Shown here: positions 42,846 to 50,685 of the stretch, in pieces
Numbering within the stretch: position 1 is the stretch's first letter
How the letters are laid out: each line of letters starts with the position of its first letter
NCBI GenBank assembly: GCA_041480845.1
Contig: JBGPAU010000002.1
Location: forward strand, 1 to 57,953
DNA length: 57,953 nucleotides
Origin: Patescibacteria group bacterium
Lineage (GTDB): Bacteria > Patescibacteriota > Microgenomatia > UBA8517
Reading direction: 5' to 3'
The notes under the pieces: model-generated
What the model was told of the DNA's origin: nothing
The model's database searches: none
The model's input: only the letters and a program-made list of their open reading frames with translations
Position numbers and translations under genes: made by a program

Positions 42846-43585
42846 TCCAGATTCACTCCTTTCCTCATAGCCCAATATAAATTGGTCTTAAGAAGTGAGG
42901 CGGGGGTACCGGCGTCTGACCAAAAACCCTTAAGTTCTACCCAATCAAGCTTGCCCCTTCTCAAATATTCATTGTTTATATCGGTTACCTCAAGCTGTCC
43001 TCTTTCTGAAGGTTTAAGAGTCCTAATTATGTCAAAAACATCGTTATCGTAGATATATAAGCCGGTAACGGCAAAGTCTGACTTCGGCTCTTTGGGTTTT
43101 TCCTCAATCTCGAGAATTTTTCTCTTTAGGTCACTTTTTGGACGGGAAAAGACCGGAACTCCAAATCTCTCAGGATCCGCGACTTTTTTCAAAAATATGA
43201 AGGCTCCATCCTTGAATGACTTGACTGCCTGACTTATATCTGTATCTGTGGTGTTGTCACCCAAAATTACTGTAACTGGGCCTCCGTCTGCAAAATCCTG
43301 CGCGAGTCCCAAAGCATCCGCAATTCCCCCGTCAGTTTTTTCCTGAAATGTGTACTCGATATGTTTTATACCGAAATCTGCCCCGTTCTTTATAACACTC
43401 AAAAAATCCCCTGCGTGGGGGCCCCCGGTAACGATTAATATTTCTGTTATACCGGCATTGACCAAAGTTTGGATAGGATAATAGACCATCGGTTGGTCAA
43501 AAACCGGCAAAAGATGTTTGTTTGTAGCGTGAGTCAGAGGATAAAGTCTGGTCCCCAACCCTCCTGCTAATATGATTCCTTTCAT
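42842..43585 (-). CDS. rfbA: Glucose-1-phosphate thymidylyltransferase-type sugar nucleotidyltransferase (short form)
   Basis: 247 aa. Contains MKGIILAGGLGTRLYPLTHATNKHLLPV and ILGDN. Sits at the head of the rfb block. Confidence 0.8.
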   Translation of the reverse strand: MKGIILAGGLGTRLYPLTHATNKHLLPVFDQPMVYYPIQTLVNAGITEILIVTGGPHAGDFLSVIKNGADFGIKHIEYTFQEKTDGGIADALGLAQDFADGGPVTVILGDNTTDTDISQAVKSFKDGAFIFLKKVADPERFGVPVFSRPKSDLKRKILEIEEKPKEPKSDFAVTGLYIYDNDVFDIIRTLKPSERGQLEVTDINNEYLRRGKLDWVELKGFWSDAGTPASLLKTNLYWAMRKGVNLE

Positions 43586-43639
43586 ATAAATTTATAAGAT
43601 GAAGTGCAAATATAGCATAGAGGGAAAACAAAGTCAAAT

Positions 43640-43665
43640 AACTTATAGTCTTAATACTATAAGTT
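43640..43665 (-). terminator. Candidate intrinsic terminator after the YkuK-like gene
   Basis: Perfect 10-bp inverted repeat AACTTATAGT / ACTATAAGTT with a 6-nt loop, starting 3 nt after the stop at 43669. On the minus strand it is followed by ATTTGACTTTGTTTT. The stem is AT-rich, so stability is modest. Confidence 0.4.
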
Positions 43666-43668
43666 GTA

Positions 43669-44169
43669 TCAGGTGTGTTTGTCGGCTACAGTAGAAGCTC
43701 CCCAGCTTTCAGGCTTGGTTTTAGCCTTATAACCGTTGCCTTGAACCATGCCCACTACTTCCCTGATCATTTCCCGGGTGGGCCCCATCGGGCCAACATC
43801 TATGTGTATCTCAAGGTCGTATTTGGCCGGTGAAACGGCTTCCCTAAGAAGCGGCACTATCTCCTCGGCTGTAGCCAGCGACATGGCTGTTTCCATATAG
43901 ATTTTATCCCTTAAAACGGGCACTTTTTGCACTTTTATTTTTTTCCAAAAATACCTCGCTCCGCTTCCCGTCCTATGCACAATCAGGGCCGTGACAAAGT
44001 CTATTTCGCCTATTCCTTTAACATGCTTAGTCTGCGAATCCGAGCCTATCACGACACGATAAAATCTCTCAGGCTCCTCATTGATAAATTCCGATATCTC
44101 CGATACTGCCTGAGACGGGGTCATCTTACCTTTGGTTGGGCTTATAAATAGGCCATCTTTTGTGTCCAT
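43669..44169 (-). CDS. DUF458/YkuK-like (RNase H-like fold) protein
   Basis: 166 aa. Contains FYRVVIGSDSQ...FVTALIVHRTGSGARYFW, which I recall as YkuK-family. The assignment is from memory only. Confidence 0.5.
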   Translation of the reverse strand: MDTKDGLFISPTKGKMTPSQAVSEISEFINEEPERFYRVVIGSDSQTKHVKGIGEIDFVTALIVHRTGSGARYFWKKIKVQKVPVLRDKIYMETAMSLATAEEIVPLLREAVSPAKYDLEIHIDVGPMGPTREMIREVVGMVQGNGYKAKTKPESWGASTVADKHT

Positions 44170-44180
44170 TCAGGTTTAAG

Positions 44181-44186
44181 ATTATA
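44181..44186 (-). promoter_or_regulatory. -10 hexamer TATAAT, 11 nt before the ATG at 44169
   Basis: Consensus hexamer in the 36-nt gap after galU. Confidence 0.35.
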
Positions 44187-44205
44187 CGCTTTTTGTGCCT
44201 CGAAG

Positions 44206-45093
44206 TTAAATTTTGAGGTTTTTAAGGTATTCCCTGAAATCACCGTTTATATCAGGGTGGTCCAGGGCAAATTCGACTACAGTTTTTAAATATTCGATCT
44301 TATTGCCGGTATCGTAATATTTTCCATTTTCAATTTCGCATGCATAAATAGGAACTCCCTGCTCGCGCAGAACATTAATAGCATCAACTAACCATATTTC
44401 TCCACCTTTGCCGGGCTTAAGTTTTCTAAGAGCGTCAAATATTTCCGGAGGCAATATGTAGGCCCCGTGCGTGGCCAAATTCGAAGGAGCCTCTTCGGGA
44501 ATGGGTTTTTCGACAATTTTTTTGATTTTAAAAACTTTACCTTCAACCGGTTCAAGTTCGGCGATACCGTATCTTGAGAGGTGATCCTTGCTTTCAATCC
44601 GCACTCCCGAAATAACCACTCCCCCGTACTTATTCCAAACATCAATCATTTGTTTAAGTCTGGGGGGGTCGGACTTTATAAACTCGTCTCCCCACATAAC
44701 AGCAAAGCTTTCGTTTCCGATAACTGCCTCCGCAGCAAGTACCGGAGTACCGTTTCCATAGGCTCCCTTCTGACGGACGTAAACAAAATTTGCCATTTCG
44801 GCAATCCTTCTGAGTTCCTCGAGTTGTTTTACTTTTCCCGCGGCCAGCAAGTTATTGACCAATTCGGCATTCGGACTATCAAAGTGGTCCTCAATTGCAC
44901 GTTTCGAGGCGCCTGTAACTATAACAATATCCTCAACCCCGCTTTCCACGGCCTCCTCTACAACATATTGAATCACGGGTTTATCGACTATCGGAAGCAT
45001 CTCTTTAGGCATAGCCTTTGTTTGAGGAAGAAAACGGGTACCAAAACCTGCTGCAGGGATTACAGCTTTCCTAATTTTCTTTGTATCAGGCAT
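44206..45093 (-). CDS. galU: UTP-glucose-1-phosphate uridylyltransferase
   Basis: 295 aa. Contains KAVIPAAGFGTRFLPQTKAMPKEMLPIVDKPVIQYVVEEA and VMWGDE. Confidence 0.9.
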   Translation of the reverse strand: MPDTKKIRKAVIPAAGFGTRFLPQTKAMPKEMLPIVDKPVIQYVVEEAVESGVEDIVIVTGASKRAIEDHFDSPNAELVNNLLAAGKVKQLEELRRIAEMANFVYVRQKGAYGNGTPVLAAEAVIGNESFAVMWGDEFIKSDPPRLKQMIDVWNKYGGVVISGVRIESKDHLSRYGIAELEPVEGKVFKIKKIVEKPIPEEAPSNLATHGAYILPPEIFDALRKLKPGKGGEIWLVDAINVLREQGVPIYACEIENGKYYDTGNKIEYLKTVVEFALDHPDINGDFREYLKNLKI

Positions 45094-45100
45094 AGTTTGA

Positions 45101-45109
45101 AGTATATCA
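45101..45109 (-). promoter_or_regulatory. Extended -10 box TGATATACT, 7 nt before the galU ATG at 45093
   Basis: Minus-strand match overlapping the stop codon of the small membrane ORF. Confidence 0.4.
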
Positions 45110-45367
45110 CGTTCGAAGAAGCAAAGAGAAAATAATTACAAAGCCCAGTGCCGCAACGACAAGGTACTCAATAAAAGTTTCTATATGTAAATCCTTATGA
45201 AGATAATGGTGTGTAACTCCCCAGGCAACATAGGAAAGGGAAAGAGCCAGAGCTACCGCGACCTGAAAATTTTTATCGTAGGAAAAAAGGATTAAGCCCG
45301 CAAAGCCCGCAAGAAGAATCCCAAAAAGTGCCATGTAGTGAGATAAGTGTTTAGAAATAGATTTCAT
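45107..45367 (-). CDS. Small hypothetical membrane protein (3 TM)
   Basis: 86 aa, hydrophobic. ATGA overlap with the upstream CAP-domain gene. Confidence 0.5.
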   Translation of the reverse strand: MKSISKHLSHYMALFGILLAGFAGLILFSYDKNFQVAVALALSLSYVAWGVTHHYLHKDLHIETFIEYLVVAALGFVIIFSLLLRT

Positions 45368-46278
45368 ATAATCTGTCCCGCCTTTAATATTAATATTACA
45401 GCTAAAATCATTCCAAAATAAGCCAGGTGTGCCAGGGTTCGCCCGCCGATGCGTGCAATCCTTTGTCTTCGAACCACGATTAAATCAATCGACAAAACCA
45501 AAATTAATATTCCTGTTACCAGAAGCGAAATATTTTTAGTTGAATTAAACGGCGAAATGAAGATGACAGCCTCACCCGAAGCGGGTGTTGGAGTCATTGT
45601 GGGGGCTGGTGTTGGAGTAGGAATAGGAGTAGAAGTAGGTGCGGAAGTTGATTTCACCGTCGATGGAAGTACCTCTTTTGCTTTAGCTACAGGAATGGCA
45701 GCTTCGCCCGACAGGGGTGCTCCAAAAAATTGAACTATCACGGTTGTATCTGCTCCTGCCAAATTTCCTTCAACCACGCCTATCCCGATCTCACGGTAAT
45801 TTGGATTTAAAATATTTTCTTTATGGGAAGGCGAATTCATCCAGGCGTTAATGGCCGAGGCGGCATCCGGAAAATCCCGGGCCAAATTTTCCCCGGCATA
45901 TTTATATTTATAGCCAAATTTAAGAAAAAAGCTCCAGGGAGAAGTTCCGTCAGGGGCAAAATGAGCCCAGTAGCCTTTAGCAAGCATATCGTTGCCTTTT
46001 GCAAGTGCGGCTCCGTCTAGAGTCGAATTTTCGGTTAATGCCCCAAGCCCGTTTGCCACCCTTTGGGTATTGGTTAATCTAATGACTTCGGCAGGAGAAA
46101 TATTGGCTGCATATCCCAAAACCTGAGGAAAGGCTTTATGCGCAAATCCCAATACCAACTGAAAAGCAATAAGGCCGACGGCAAGAAGTGAAAGACTACT
46201 TGAATGCAAAAGCTTAGCCTTCTGGTTGTTGCTTTCGTGAGGAATGAATAAATGTCTTAAGAGCTTAAAAAACTGCAT
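45364..46278 (-). CDS. CAP/SCP (YkwD-like) domain protein with Pro/Thr-rich linker and C-terminal TM segments
   Basis: 304 aa. Has an N-terminal TM, then GYWAHFAPDG...AGENLARDF...AWMNSPSHKENIL, followed by STSAPTSTPIPTPTPAPTMTPTPAS. Confidence 0.75.
   Translation of the reverse strand: MQFFKLLRHLFIPHESNNQKAKLLHSSSLSLLAVGLIAFQLVLGFAHKAFPQVLGYAANISPAEVIRLTNTQRVANGLGALTENSTLDGAALAKGNDMLAKGYWAHFAPDGTSPWSFFLKFGYKYKYAGENLARDFPDAASAINAWMNSPSHKENILNPNYREIGIGVVEGNLAGADTTVIVQFFGAPLSGEAAIPVAKAKEVLPSTVKSTSAPTSTPIPTPTPAPTMTPTPASGEAVIFISPFNSTKNISLLVTGILILVLSIDLIVVRRQRIARIGGRTLAHLAYFGMILAVILILKAGQII
45580..45666 (-). repeat. Low-complexity Pro/Thr-rich coding tract
   Basis: Encodes PSTVKSTSAPTSTPIPTPTPAPTMTPTPA within the CAP-domain gene. 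Confidence 0.75.
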
Positions 46279-47270
46279 TAATCCATATTACCATACCCAT
46301 CAGGGTGATTTTTGTGCCAAAGGTAAGCGGTTTCTACAATTTCTTTCAGGCCGTATTTTGGCTGCCAGGCAAAATCTTTTTTGATTTTGGTAGTAGAGGC
46401 ATAAAGCTCATCCGCATCCCCGGCCCGCCTTGTACTATATTTTATTTTTAGATCCATTCCCGTAACACTTTTTACCATGTCTATCACTTCTTTATTGGAA
46501 AAACCTTTACCGATTCCGGCGTTGTAGAAATTACTTTCCGCTCCACCAATCAGCTTTTGCATCGCAATCGAATGTGTTTCTACCAAATCCAAAACGTGGA
46601 TATAGTCCCTGATATTGGTTCCATCCGGGGTTTTATAATCATTCCCAAAAATCTCAATTTCTTCACCTTTTAAGGCTTTTTTAATAATATTCGGGATCAG
46701 GTGGCTTTCCTCGGGGTGATCCTCGCCAATGCTTCCGTCAAGTGCCGCGCCGGCGGCGTTGAAATATCTGATTCCAATAAATTTTATTCCGTATGCCGCG
46801 TCATAATCTTCAAGCATTCTTTCCATTATGTATTTAGTTTCGCCGTAAGGGTTTAGGGGGTTTTGGGGATCATCCTCGGCTATCGGAAGTTTAACGGGAT
46901 TTCCGTAAATTCCGGCGCTACTTGATAAAATAATTTTGTTCGTGCCGGCCTTTTTCATCGAATCGAGTAGATTCATAAATCCCAAAACATTATTTTCATA
47001 ATATTTTTGGGGGTTTATAAACGATTCTCCCATTTGAATAAAGCTGGCCATATGAATTACCCCGTCAAATTTTTCCGAAGCAAGGAAGCCATCCAATTTC
47101 TCTTTCTCTGTAACTAAATCTATAATCTCCAATTTATAATCTTTAACCGCCTCCTTATGTCCCTGAGAAAGATTGTCTAAAATTACAGGGTCAAATCCTT
47201 TAGATTTAAGTTCACGAACCATGAAGCTTCCTATATACCCCGCTCCACCTGTTACCAGTATTTTTTCCAT
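46278..47270 (-). CDS. galE: UDP-glucose 4-epimerase
   Basis: 330 aa. Contains KILVTGGAGYIGS, SSSAGIYG, YGETKYIME and RYFNAAGA. Confidence 0.9.
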   Translation of the reverse strand: MEKILVTGGAGYIGSFMVRELKSKGFDPVILDNLSQGHKEAVKDYKLEIIDLVTEKEKLDGFLASEKFDGVIHMASFIQMGESFINPQKYYENNVLGFMNLLDSMKKAGTNKIILSSSAGIYGNPVKLPIAEDDPQNPLNPYGETKYIMERMLEDYDAAYGIKFIGIRYFNAAGAALDGSIGEDHPEESHLIPNIIKKALKGEEIEIFGNDYKTPDGTNIRDYIHVLDLVETHSIAMQKLIGGAESNFYNAGIGKGFSNKEVIDMVKSVTGMDLKIKYSTRRAGDADELYASTTKIKKDFAWQPKYGLKEIVETAYLWHKNHPDGYGNMD

Positions 47271-47750
47271 TTAATTAATTCCGAATTGTAGCAAAAATGT
47301 TTGAATTTTTTTAGGAAGCTTGGGTAAAAACCGGTAAATATAATAAATAACTACTCCTGCGCCAATTCCGTCAATGAGAACATCCCTTAGCCTGGCTTCT
47401 CTCCCTTGGGTAAACATTTGGTGATATTCGTCTGTTGCCCCGTATAAAAACGCTATTGCTACCGCCCAAACGGCAGCTTTTTTACGGCTTATACCATGCC
47501 CAATCAGACCCCGGTAAATTAGAACCGAAAGCACGCCAAATAAAAGAAAGTGTCCGATTTTTTTAACGGCAAAATCCTGCCAGTAAATTTGTGAGGTGGA
47601 AAGAACCGTTCCTGAAGAAAATTTAAAAATTAGGCCTGCCCACAATACCACCGGAAGCCAAAGGCTAAGAGATTTGATTATTTTTATTTTCACTCTCAAT
47701 AGTATAGCTTTTTTTGGCACTCTTAATAATACTGAAAACCGAAAAACCAA
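47271..47750 (-). CDS. VanZ family membrane protein (start uncertain)
   Basis: Contains GATDEYHQMFTQGREARLRDVLIDGIGAG. The track start at 47750 is TTG. GTG at 47720 or 47693 would reduce the overlap with the upstream gene. Confidence 0.7.
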   Translation of the reverse strand: MVFRFSVLLRVPKKAILLRVKIKIIKSLSLWLPVVLWAGLIFKFSSGTVLSTSQIYWQDFAVKKIGHFLLFGVLSVLIYRGLIGHGISRKKAAVWAVAIAFLYGATDEYHQMFTQGREARLRDVLIDGIGAGVVIYYIYRFLPKLPKKIQTFLLQFGIN

Positions 47751-48495
47751 TTAGTCCCACACCTAAGGCGATAAGCCCGATAGCCAGTAGCGGCAACTTT
47801 ATTTTTGGATTTTCGGTTAAATTCAGAGGAGGTTCTGTTGCGGGAGGACTCGGAAAAACTGTACTTTCCCCCAAAACCGCTTCCTCCGGTGTATTTAATG
47901 GCGTGGGGCTCGGAGTTGGTGTTGGCTTCGGAGAGGGTGTGCGAGCCGGAGTTGGAGATGGAGATGGAGTTTTGCTCGGGATAGGAGTAGAGGTAGGGTT
48001 ACTCGTGGGAGAAAGAGTTGGAGACGGAGATGGGGTCGGCAAATTTAACGCAACAAAAATTGCATTACTATCCGAATAACTCGAGCAGCTGGAGGTATAC
48101 CGTCGTAACTTTAATGTATAATTTCCATTATCCACCGAATTATCCTCACCGATTTTTACTATTAAAATTAGAGCACTGGTACTCGCGTCCGATACCTTAA
48201 AATAATTATGGCAGTCCTGACTTGTCATAATTTTGACCCAATCTCCGACATTATTTTTCATATATCCAAAATACGATTGCCCCGAACTTTGTTGGAAAGC
48301 GACCCTAAAATATGACTCGCTGGGAAGACCACTTATGCTTCCTGTCGTTGGCACTTCCTGTTCGTTGGAAGTTACATTAGTATCCGACAAATCCTGAAGG
48401 CTCATCGAAAACGCCGCCAGGACTTTTGAACAAAAAGAAAAACTGATAACTACAAATAAAACAGTTGTAAATATGTTTTTGATGACCCGATTCAT
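47665..48495 (-). CDS. Secreted/anchored hypothetical protein: signal peptide, ~120-aa domain, long Pro/Thr/Ser-rich linker, C-terminal TM
   Basis: 276 aa. The linker PTPSPSPTLSPTSNPTSTPIPSKTPSPSPTPARTPSPKPTPTPSPTPLNTP is followed by LLAIGLIALGVGLIGFSVFSII. Confidence 0.65.
   Translation of the reverse strand: MNRVIKNIFTTVLFVVISFSFCSKVLAAFSMSLQDLSDTNVTSNEQEVPTTGSISGLPSESYFRVAFQQSSGQSYFGYMKNNVGDWVKIMTSQDCHNYFKVSDASTSALILIVKIGEDNSVDNGNYTLKLRRYTSSCSSYSDSNAIFVALNLPTPSPSPTLSPTSNPTSTPIPSKTPSPSPTPARTPSPKPTPTPSPTPLNTPEEAVLGESTVFPSPPATEPPLNLTENPKIKLPLLAIGLIALGVGLIGFSVFSIIKSAKKSYTIESENKNNQIS
47887..48042 (-). repeat. Low-complexity Pro/Thr/Ser-rich coding tract (about 52 codons)
   Basis: Encodes PTPSPSPTLSPTSNPTSTPIPSKTPSPSPTPARTPSPKPTPTPSPTPLNTP within 47665-48495. 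Confidence 0.8.
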
Positions 48496-48589
48496 CGAAG
48501 TGTATAGAATTACAATATATACATCATATCATATACTTGTAGTTTAATATTTTAGAATTATTGAAACTATGGGGTTTAATTTATGAAAC

Positions 48590-49774
48590 CTACAATACGT
48601 AATTTATATGAAGATAAAGCACGTCAAGACCTCCGTCATCATTACGGACTCGATCATACCTCAGAGAACAGCCTCCCCCACCAACATAGCTTCCTCTAAA
48701 TAAAATCCCGCTTTTAACAGCATGAACGTCACTTGAGGCATCGCTATCAATATCAATACCGTTGTGTGCACTATAAATCCTGCCAATATAAGTATTTCTT
48801 ACTGCCCAAGTTGACCCGTATCCCTGATTAAACTGTATTTTCGGACTGACGGGCCAATCCCAAGATCCTGACGGATTGAAAGAATCGCCATCAGAGCTAC
48901 CACAGGATGAACCTGAACAATCTGTAAAATCAATTCCACTTTTTAAGTAATTAAAAGGGTTTTGGGCAATACTTCCCTGACTCACTGTAAAATGAAGGTG
49001 TGTTCCCCCGGAGTTGCATGATGAGCCCTGAATGATTGTTGCAATCTTATCGCCCTGGTTAACATGTCCCACTTCAGTCTCCTGACCTCTCCCTGCGAGA
49101 ATACCTTGTATAGCCTCATACTCTGCACTAGCTTCGGCTAATAGTCGTTTATAATTCGCTTCGCTATTTTGTGTATCCTTAAGCAGTCTTGCCTTTGCAG
49201 CTTTTTGAGTATTAAGGTTTGCTTGTTGAACTGTTAATTGTTTCTTCAAAGTTTCCTGATCAGTTTTTTGGCCTTGATAGGTTGTCTGAGCAGTTTGCAA
49301 TTTATCAAGTAAATTTCTGTCTTCCTCTTGGATTTTTTGGAGATAATGCAGTCTGGAAGTCGCATCGCTTATGTCTATTGCCGAGAGTATAAAGATAAAA
49401 TTATTTTCAAACCTAGAAAGTTTATATGTCTCAACAGCCCTCGAAGAAAAAGCGGCGGTTAAGGAGGTTAATGAATCTCCGAGTTGGTCAATCCTGCCAC
49501 CGAGAAGAGTAATTTGGTCCTGAGTCTGAGAAATTTTGAGAGTCATTAATTTTATTTGGGCGTCGAACTGGGCAATTTGATTCGCGAGAGTATTTGCTTG
49601 CCCCTGAAGGTTCGTAACTTTCTGTTGACAATCGTTAATCCTGCTTGTAAGGCAAGATACGTCACCTTGATTGCATACCGAATCGCACGTCTGGGCACGG
49701 ACAAAAACTACAGAACCCAAAAATAAAATTGAGGTTAGTATGAGGAGAAAGAATTTCTTTCCATCTATTTTCAT
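48590..49774 (-). CDS. Coiled-coil M23 (LytM-type) metallopeptidase, EnvC/PcsB-like partner of FtsEX; M23 domain apparently circularly permuted
   Basis: 394 aa. Has a signal peptide and a long Q/L/T-rich coiled coil. GGTHLHFTV (HxH) at aa 257-265 precedes WPV...SAHNGIDID (HxxxD) at aa 306-343 and YLH at aa 387-389. ATGA overlap with ftsX. Confidence 0.8.
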   Translation of the reverse strand: MKIDGKKFFLLILTSILFLGSVVFVRAQTCDSVCNQGDVSCLTSRINDCQQKVTNLQGQANTLANQIAQFDAQIKLMTLKISQTQDQITLLGGRIDQLGDSLTSLTAAFSSRAVETYKLSRFENNFIFILSAIDISDATSRLHYLQKIQEEDRNLLDKLQTAQTTYQGQKTDQETLKKQLTVQQANLNTQKAAKARLLKDTQNSEANYKRLLAEASAEYEAIQGILAGRGQETEVGHVNQGDKIATIIQGSSCNSGGTHLHFTVSQGSIAQNPFNYLKSGIDFTDCSGSSCGSSDGDSFNPSGSWDWPVSPKIQFNQGYGSTWAVRNTYIGRIYSAHNGIDIDSDASSDVHAVKSGILFRGSYVGGGGCSLRYDRVRNDDGGLDVLYLHINYVL

Positions 49775-50685
49775 CTTTCTTTTTTAACTCTGGAAATTGC
49801 TATCAGACTACCTGAAAGAGCTAAAAGGACACCGGCAAATAATTCGATGGTTAAAATTATTCCAAACAGTTCAAAGATCCCAATTGCGTCCCGCGGGAGG
49901 ATTGGAATTTCTCCGAAATAGGCAACGACTGTCGGAGCCAAATATAAAACTGAAATAAACGAAACCGCCCATCCCAAGACCACGCCGAAAAGCGTGTATA
50001 TAAAAGCTTCAATGATAATCGGACTTCTTATAAAGCCTTTGGTCGCTCCGATCAAATTAAGAATTTCCACTTCTTCCCGCCTGCCAACAACTCGCATACT
50101 GGTGATTACGAGAAGAACAACCAAAGATGTAGTAACCAGAAGCCCCACAAAGACAATTCCTCCGATCCTCACGTAAGTTGTAATTGTTTTTAACCTCGCA
50201 ACAACGTCGTTTAGGCTGGTCTCGCCCCCCAAAGCCGCGGTAAAACCAACCGAGTCAACGATGCTTTCTCCCTTAACCTTATCAATAATACTTTGGGCAA
50301 AAGATAAATCCGTCACCGAAAATTCAAGTGATGCCGGAAAAATTGACGGGCTAACAAGCTGCCCCAAAAGCGGGTTATCGCTTGTAGCTTTTTTATAAAT
50401 CGACAGGGCTTCCTCTTTGCTCACATATTTAATGTCTTTAATATGCGCGTCCGAAGCCAGATTGTGTTGCAAGCCGGCAATGCTGGTATCTGTAGCGTCA
50501 GACTTCAAAAACGCAATCACCTGAGGCCTGGTCTCAAAATAAGTAATCAGTTGTGAAGAGGAATAAACCAGAACCGAAACTAAAGTTGTCACAAAAAATG
50601 TCAGGGTAAGAACAAATGAGGCAGCCAAGGCTTGAAAGGGAGAACGTCTTATATAATCCCAGGCAGTTTTAAAATGAATATTCAT
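49771..50685 (-). CDS. ftsX: Cell-division ABC transporter permease-like protein FtsX
   Basis: 304 aa. Has an N-terminal TM, an extracytoplasmic loop domain, and three C-terminal TM segments. Lies directly after ftsE. Confidence 0.85.
   Translation of the reverse strand: MNIHFKTAWDYIRRSPFQALAASFVLTLTFFVTTLVSVLVYSSSQLITYFETRPQVIAFLKSDATDTSIAGLQHNLASDAHIKDIKYVSKEEALSIYKKATSDNPLLGQLVSPSIFPASLEFSVTDLSFAQSIIDKVKGESIVDSVGFTAALGGETSLNDVVARLKTITTYVRIGGIVFVGLLVTTSLVVLLVITSMRVVGRREEVEILNLIGATKGFIRSPIIIEAFIYTLFGVVLGWAVSFISVLYLAPTVVAYFGEIPILPRDAIGIFELFGIILTIELFAGVLLALSGSLIAISRVKKER

Noticed and set aside
44581-45135. 184-aa plus-strand ORF
   Set aside because: It is entirely antisense to the well-supported galU gene. 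The sequence is low-complexity and basic, with no recognisable motifs. Long antisense ORFs of this kind are expected in AT-rich DNA.
45449-45733. Plus-strand ORF with GVGVG-rich sequence; a similar one lies at 47714-48079
   Set aside because: These are the reverse-complement reading of the Pro/Thr-rich (CCN/ACN) linker tracts of the minus-strand CAP-domain gene and the secreted-protein gene. They are artefacts of codon repetition.
48496-48589. Largest non-coding gap (94 nt), inspected for a tRNA, small RNA, CRISPR repeat or terminator
   Set aside because: It contains only AT-rich sequence, an 8-nt direct repeat (TAGAATTA) and a weak 5-bp hairpin (GGTTT/AAACC at 48572-48589) without a U-tract. 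Nothing is convincing beyond a probable promoter region.
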